DNA of 64,000 nt from assembly GCA_024704765.1 (NCBI GenBank), contig JAKMXF010000310.1, forward strand, positions 744,001-808,000, in the 5' to 3' direction. The DNA is from Oopsacas minuta. Lineage: Eukaryota > Animalia > Porifera. The translations under genes were made by a program, and so were the position numbers. The notes below the pieces were generated by a model, which saw only the letters and a program-made list of their open reading frames with translations, was not told where the DNA came from and did no database searches. How positions within the stretch are numbered: position 1 is the first letter of the stretch; the number at the start of each line of letters is the position of its first letter. Of this stretch, positions 60,214 to 64,000 are shown piece by piece.

Positions 60214-60871
60214 ATGGGCATAAAGGAGAGAAGGCTACTACAGTATCTTTGGCTGACTAGATATATATATAACCCCACAGGAGATTGGGAGACAAATTCC
60301 ACTGGGTTCCCTAATTGGGATGGGACAATGCCTCCGACACTGGTTTTCTTCAACCAGATTGGAACATTCAATAGTGGCAACTCATAATACATACATGTTT
60401 GTATTATGTATTTATGTGTATATTTTGGATGTTCTGTGCGGTAGTCATTTATGCGATTTATTCGTGTTTATAATGTGGATACCGACATCTCATTACAGGA
60501 CATTTTGCTGCACCTCTGATGGTTATTTTTAGTGAATACCATATATAGAGATATCCGTACGTCCGTACTGCTGTAGTGCGAAAGTCTGAAATGGGTGCCT
60601 ATATGTATTTTCTCATCTAGACATGCACCTGGATATTTATTTGTACGATGTCGGAAATATTCAACTCGAATTAGATGAACTTATTTTAGTATCAAGAATT
60701 CATTTTTCAGCATTTGCTACGATTTCTATAACAGCTACACTGATATGTTATCTTTGGATACTCTTGAGAACCCTGTTATCTATACTGTTGCTAATGGATG
60801 TGTTGATAGTACGATTCTTAGCTTTAAGTCAAAACGAGTATACTCGGAAAATATCTGTACATAGAATCTAG
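60214..60871 (+). pseudogene. Possible decayed membrane-protein gene
   Basis: Coding-like fragments in shifting frames with stops. The last block RIHFSAFATISITATLICYL resembles RVHFKIATFIVTIALSLYTL of 25616-26653. Confidence 0.25.
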
Positions 60872-60914
60872 TATAAAAGGATCCTTACTGTATTGAGTTT
60901 TTTGAATTTCATTT

Positions 60915-61840
60915 GTTCACGAGCCTTTGGCTCGTCGCTTCTCGATGAACTCGGCGCATTGCGCCTCGAAATATTCAACGGACAAACAAACAATAATTGA
61001 GATTGATAATATTGATGTTGTTTACAATATTCTAACTCAGTATACTCGATTATACCAGTATAGTCGTTGAAAGTATGATTCTACCTCAATTTTGAAATTT
61101 GTTTACTTTGTATTCATAAAAACAACAATAAATTTACATATGAGAAACTTGAAAATGCGAAATTCGGGATCAGCGTACTTGATTACCCCTATATGTCTGT
61201 TGAGGGCAAGTCTCTAAGTATATTTCGAGATTTCAACTATTTGTTTACTTTATATTCATAACAACAACAATAAATTTACATATGAGAAACTTGAAACTGC
61301 GACCAACCTGCTCAGCCTGCTTAACCGGTTAAACCTGCTAAACCGGTTAAGCCTGCTAAACCGGTTAAACCTGCTAAACCGGTTAAGCCTGCTAAACCGG
61401 TTAAACCTGCTAAACCGGTTAAACCTGCTAAACCGACAAAACCTGTTAAACCTGCTAAACCTGCTAAACCGGTTAAACTTGCTAAACCTGATCTAGCATC
61501 ATCTAGAAGCCGAATTTATCAGAGAATTGACATACAAATACTTTTAAGGTCTGAGATTGTACTTCGGGTTAGAATTTTTGAATATTTCACACATTTCTAT
61601 TTAATTCCAAAATCATGCTAGAGATTTCGTTTTAATTGCTAGTAAGGGGTAATCAAGTATGTAGATTCCAATTTTGATATTTTCAAATATATAGCTAAAT
61701 GATTTATCATATGATTAATCATATTTCACACCTTTTGGAATATTATTCAAAATCATGCTAGAGATTTCGTTTTAACTGCTAGTAAGGGGTAATCAAGTAT
61801 GTAGATTTCAATTTTGACATTTACAAATATATAGCTAGAT
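60915..61840. mobile_element. Composite of Helitron-like family subunits interrupted by a minisatellite
   Basis: 60920-61145 is an inverted copy of 21080-21308. Direct subunit duplications at 61130/61261 and 61612/61753. Confidence 0.55.
61303..61490. repeat. 18-bp minisatellite (AAACCGGTTAAACCTGCT) with a 9-bp subperiod
   Basis: AACCGGTT at 61323, 61341, 61359, 61377, 61395, 61413 and 61467. Confidence 0.95.
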
Positions 61841-62176
61841 CAGCATTTCTTAGCCCGGGGTGCTAGATAAGGATTCTACTATGTGCTCTATGATGTTTTT
61901 GTTTAGATTCTAGATAATATTTCAGGCTATAAATTAGTTGTATTTAATTTATATTCCTTTCGTGATATCTAAAGTTACATTTTCTTTCTGATTGAGTTGG
62001 ATTTTCAATGGAGTAATCTAGGTAAATACAATCAATTATGAATCAGTGCATTACTTGTCTTATTTCATCTTTGTTACAGAGGGGCAGTGTAATACTTGTA
62101 GTTCCATGTAAAGAGTGCTGAATTGCTAAGACTGACTACAGGGGGTGGTGAGGTATGAAAAGGTTAAGAAACGCTG
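61841..62176. mobile_element. hAT (Buster/Charlie-like) MITE, 336 bp
   Basis: CAGCATTTCTTAGCC ... GGTTAAGAAACGCTG termini. Flanks AGCTAGAT / TTCTAAGT share only the central CTA. Confidence 0.55.
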
Positions 62177-62574
62177 TTCTAAGTAGCTCGAGCGTGCTCT
62201 CAGGGAATTCTAATACCTCATCAAAATATATCTGTCACCGTCCAAATTGTGTATCCGCCAAACTGAGTATTTGGCGCTGCAAAATTGAGTATGTTTATTC
62301 TTATATAATTTGTTACAGGCCTATAGTAGCACTTGTGCTATCACACGACAATTCTGCGCTATTTCTAATAAGTTACTATAAATATGTATTGTACTTATTA
62401 TTGTTTGTTCATTTAGGCAAATAATTGTATTTATTTGTAATTTTTCAAAATAAATTTTCGAAGCAGAGCTTCAAAAGCTCCAGTTACAGTTGGTGAGGAG
62501 AGAGGAGAGAGATGGGATCATAGAGGGTTACAGAAAAGATACTTGTAATACAAACGATCGCAATTGGGGCAGGA

Positions 62575-63009
62575 CCAATACATGCCCAGGCAAGGACTAT
62601 CAGTACATCCTCAACTATCAGGACTGCTTCAGCAAGTTTGTCATCCTCAGGACTCTCAAGCCCAAGCGAGCGGTAGAGGTAGCCGCCACACATCTTGTAC
62701 ACGGATAATGGGAGGGAGTTCGTTAACAAGCATCTATTCACTGCCATGCAGAGACTCTGGACAGGTACACACCTTGTGCAGGGGAGGCTAAGACACTGAC
62801 AAGACCAGGGAAGTGTGGATCGAGCTAATGGTGATTTCAAGAAGCGATTATTCGCCCGTCTCATGGATGCGGGTAAAGAGACCAATGAGTGGGAAAGTGA
62901 GTTACAATTTGTTCAGTATAGTAAGAATAACGCATACCACTCGGTTATTAAGGCGACACCCTTCTCTGTACACTTTGAGAGAACGCCACCGGATCTCAGT
63001 GTGGATATG
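62575..63009 (+). pseudogene. Truncated DDE integrase, Ginger/GIN (KRBA2/SCAND3-like) type, copy 1
   Basis: YQYILNYQDCFSKFVILRTLKPKRAVEVAA, then ILYTDNGREFVN and GRLRH*QDQGSVDRANGD...LQFVQYSKNNAYHS...TPF. Internal deletion, in-frame stop, and E-to-D at the SVERAN position. Confidence 0.8.
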
Positions 63010-63799
63010 GCTTACACCTTATATTAACATTACCTCCGGCCAGTCCGAGCCGAGTAACTTGTGTTCCGATCAACAGGGGTACAGTAAGGTTATAGGAATC
63101 GTCATCAAGATCGTCTGCAAACACAGATGAAGTAGGCCTTAGGATCGTTTGGAGATCGTCCGTATCAGTGTCGTCTGCTGGCGTGTCCTCCTGTTCCTGA
63201 GAGGGAGTTAAAGATGGGTAGGTACTGATATCGTGGGGAGAGCAAGGCTGTGGTAGAGCAATATCAGTGAGTGTGGCGCTCGCTGCAGTATCTATTTCAC
63301 CAGTAGGTTCCTGTAGAGAAAGAGAAGAAAATAACATAGGGCTGGGTGGTGGTGTATGCGGAGTATGAGCATACTCGGTAACCTGTCTGGTAGCTAACGC
63401 ATGTTCCAGCTGGTCATCATCATCAAGGGTGTTAAGTACCTTGCATGGCAGTAGCATATCCACACTGAGATCCGGTGGTGTTCTCTCAAAGTGTACAAAG
63501 AAGGGTGTCGCCTTAATACCCGAGTGGTATGCGTTATTCTTACTATACTGAACAAATTGTAACTCACTTTCCCACTCATTGGTCTCTTTACCCGCATCCA
63601 TGAGACGGGCGAATAATCGCTTCTTGAAATCACCATTAGCTCGATCCACACTTCCCTGGTCTTGTCAGTGTCTTAGCCTCCCCTGCACAAGGTGTGTACC
63701 TGTCCAGAGTCTCTGTATGGCAGTGAATAGATGCTTGTTAACGAACTCCCTCCCATTATCCGTGTACAAGATGTGTGGCGGCTACCTCTACCGCTCGCT
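62665..63799. repeat. 345-bp inverted repeat (62665-63009 / 63455-63799) with a 445-bp spacer
   Basis: Arms are reverse complements with about 4 mismatches found by eye. Confidence 0.92.
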
Positions 63800-64000
63800 A
63801 TGATAGGTCTGTGGATGACTTTCAGTGTAGATTACCTGCCCTTATTGGCTTGGTAAATGGCGCAGAGGCGTACGAAGAGGACAATTACTGCACGAAGCAC
63901 GTGATAGTTGTGGCTCATGAGTATATCCTGTCACGTCCCCCATGACTGAGCTCGTGATGTGCGGCCACTAACGTATCCCACAGGTTTTCCTTGCCACTAC
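63010..64000 (-). pseudogene. Degraded integrase of the same family, copy 2, running off the window
   Basis: Minus strand reads ENLWDTLVAAHHELSHGGRDRI...LFVRLCAIYQ (H2C2 zinc-binding relic), then HRPIIA, a deletion, the same core as copy 1 and an acidic/Pro-rich tail. Stops and frameshifts present. Confidence 0.8.

Overview
AT-rich, gene-dense eukaryotic (animal) genomic DNA, not prokaryotic. Genes are either single-exon or have 1-4 GT-AG introns, several of which I reconstructed by hand, and the intergenic and intronic space is full of short DNA-transposon derivatives. The gene set, the kinase-Kelch and lineage-specific 7TM-like proteins, and the intronless PEPD/RUVBL2/BORA/ZAK genes suggest a compact early-branching animal genome. 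A glass sponge is my best guess, but this is inference only. Host genes: IFI27/ISG12-like microprotein, RAD17, a caspase, an SH3-SH2 module, a RING/B-box TRIM-like protein, two (perhaps three) orphan multi-pass membrane paralogs, BORA, prolidase PEPD, a degenerate syntaxin-like protein, SKA3-like, a PX-3xSH3-SH2 adaptor, ZAK-alpha (MAP3K20), a BRCT-like protein, a pseudokinase-Kelch protein and RUVBL2. Mobile DNA: an intact DD37E Tc1/mariner element, an intact hAT element with a perfect 8-bp TSD, pogo- and hAT-type MITEs, a Helitron-like dispersed family, and an inverted duplication of a dead Ginger/GIN-type integrase. Best leads: (1) a spliced NRF1-type DNA-binding + Ulp1 protease + PHD gene directly downstream of a tandem array of NRF1-like sites; (2) a splice-phase-compatible caspase-SH3-SH2 fusion; (3) a ZAK-alpha retaining ribosome-binding-type motifs; (4) a Tks/p47phox-like adaptor ending in SH2; (5) a 345-bp near-perfect inverted repeat of integrase sequence. 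All family assignments come from motifs recalled from memory; no database search was run.
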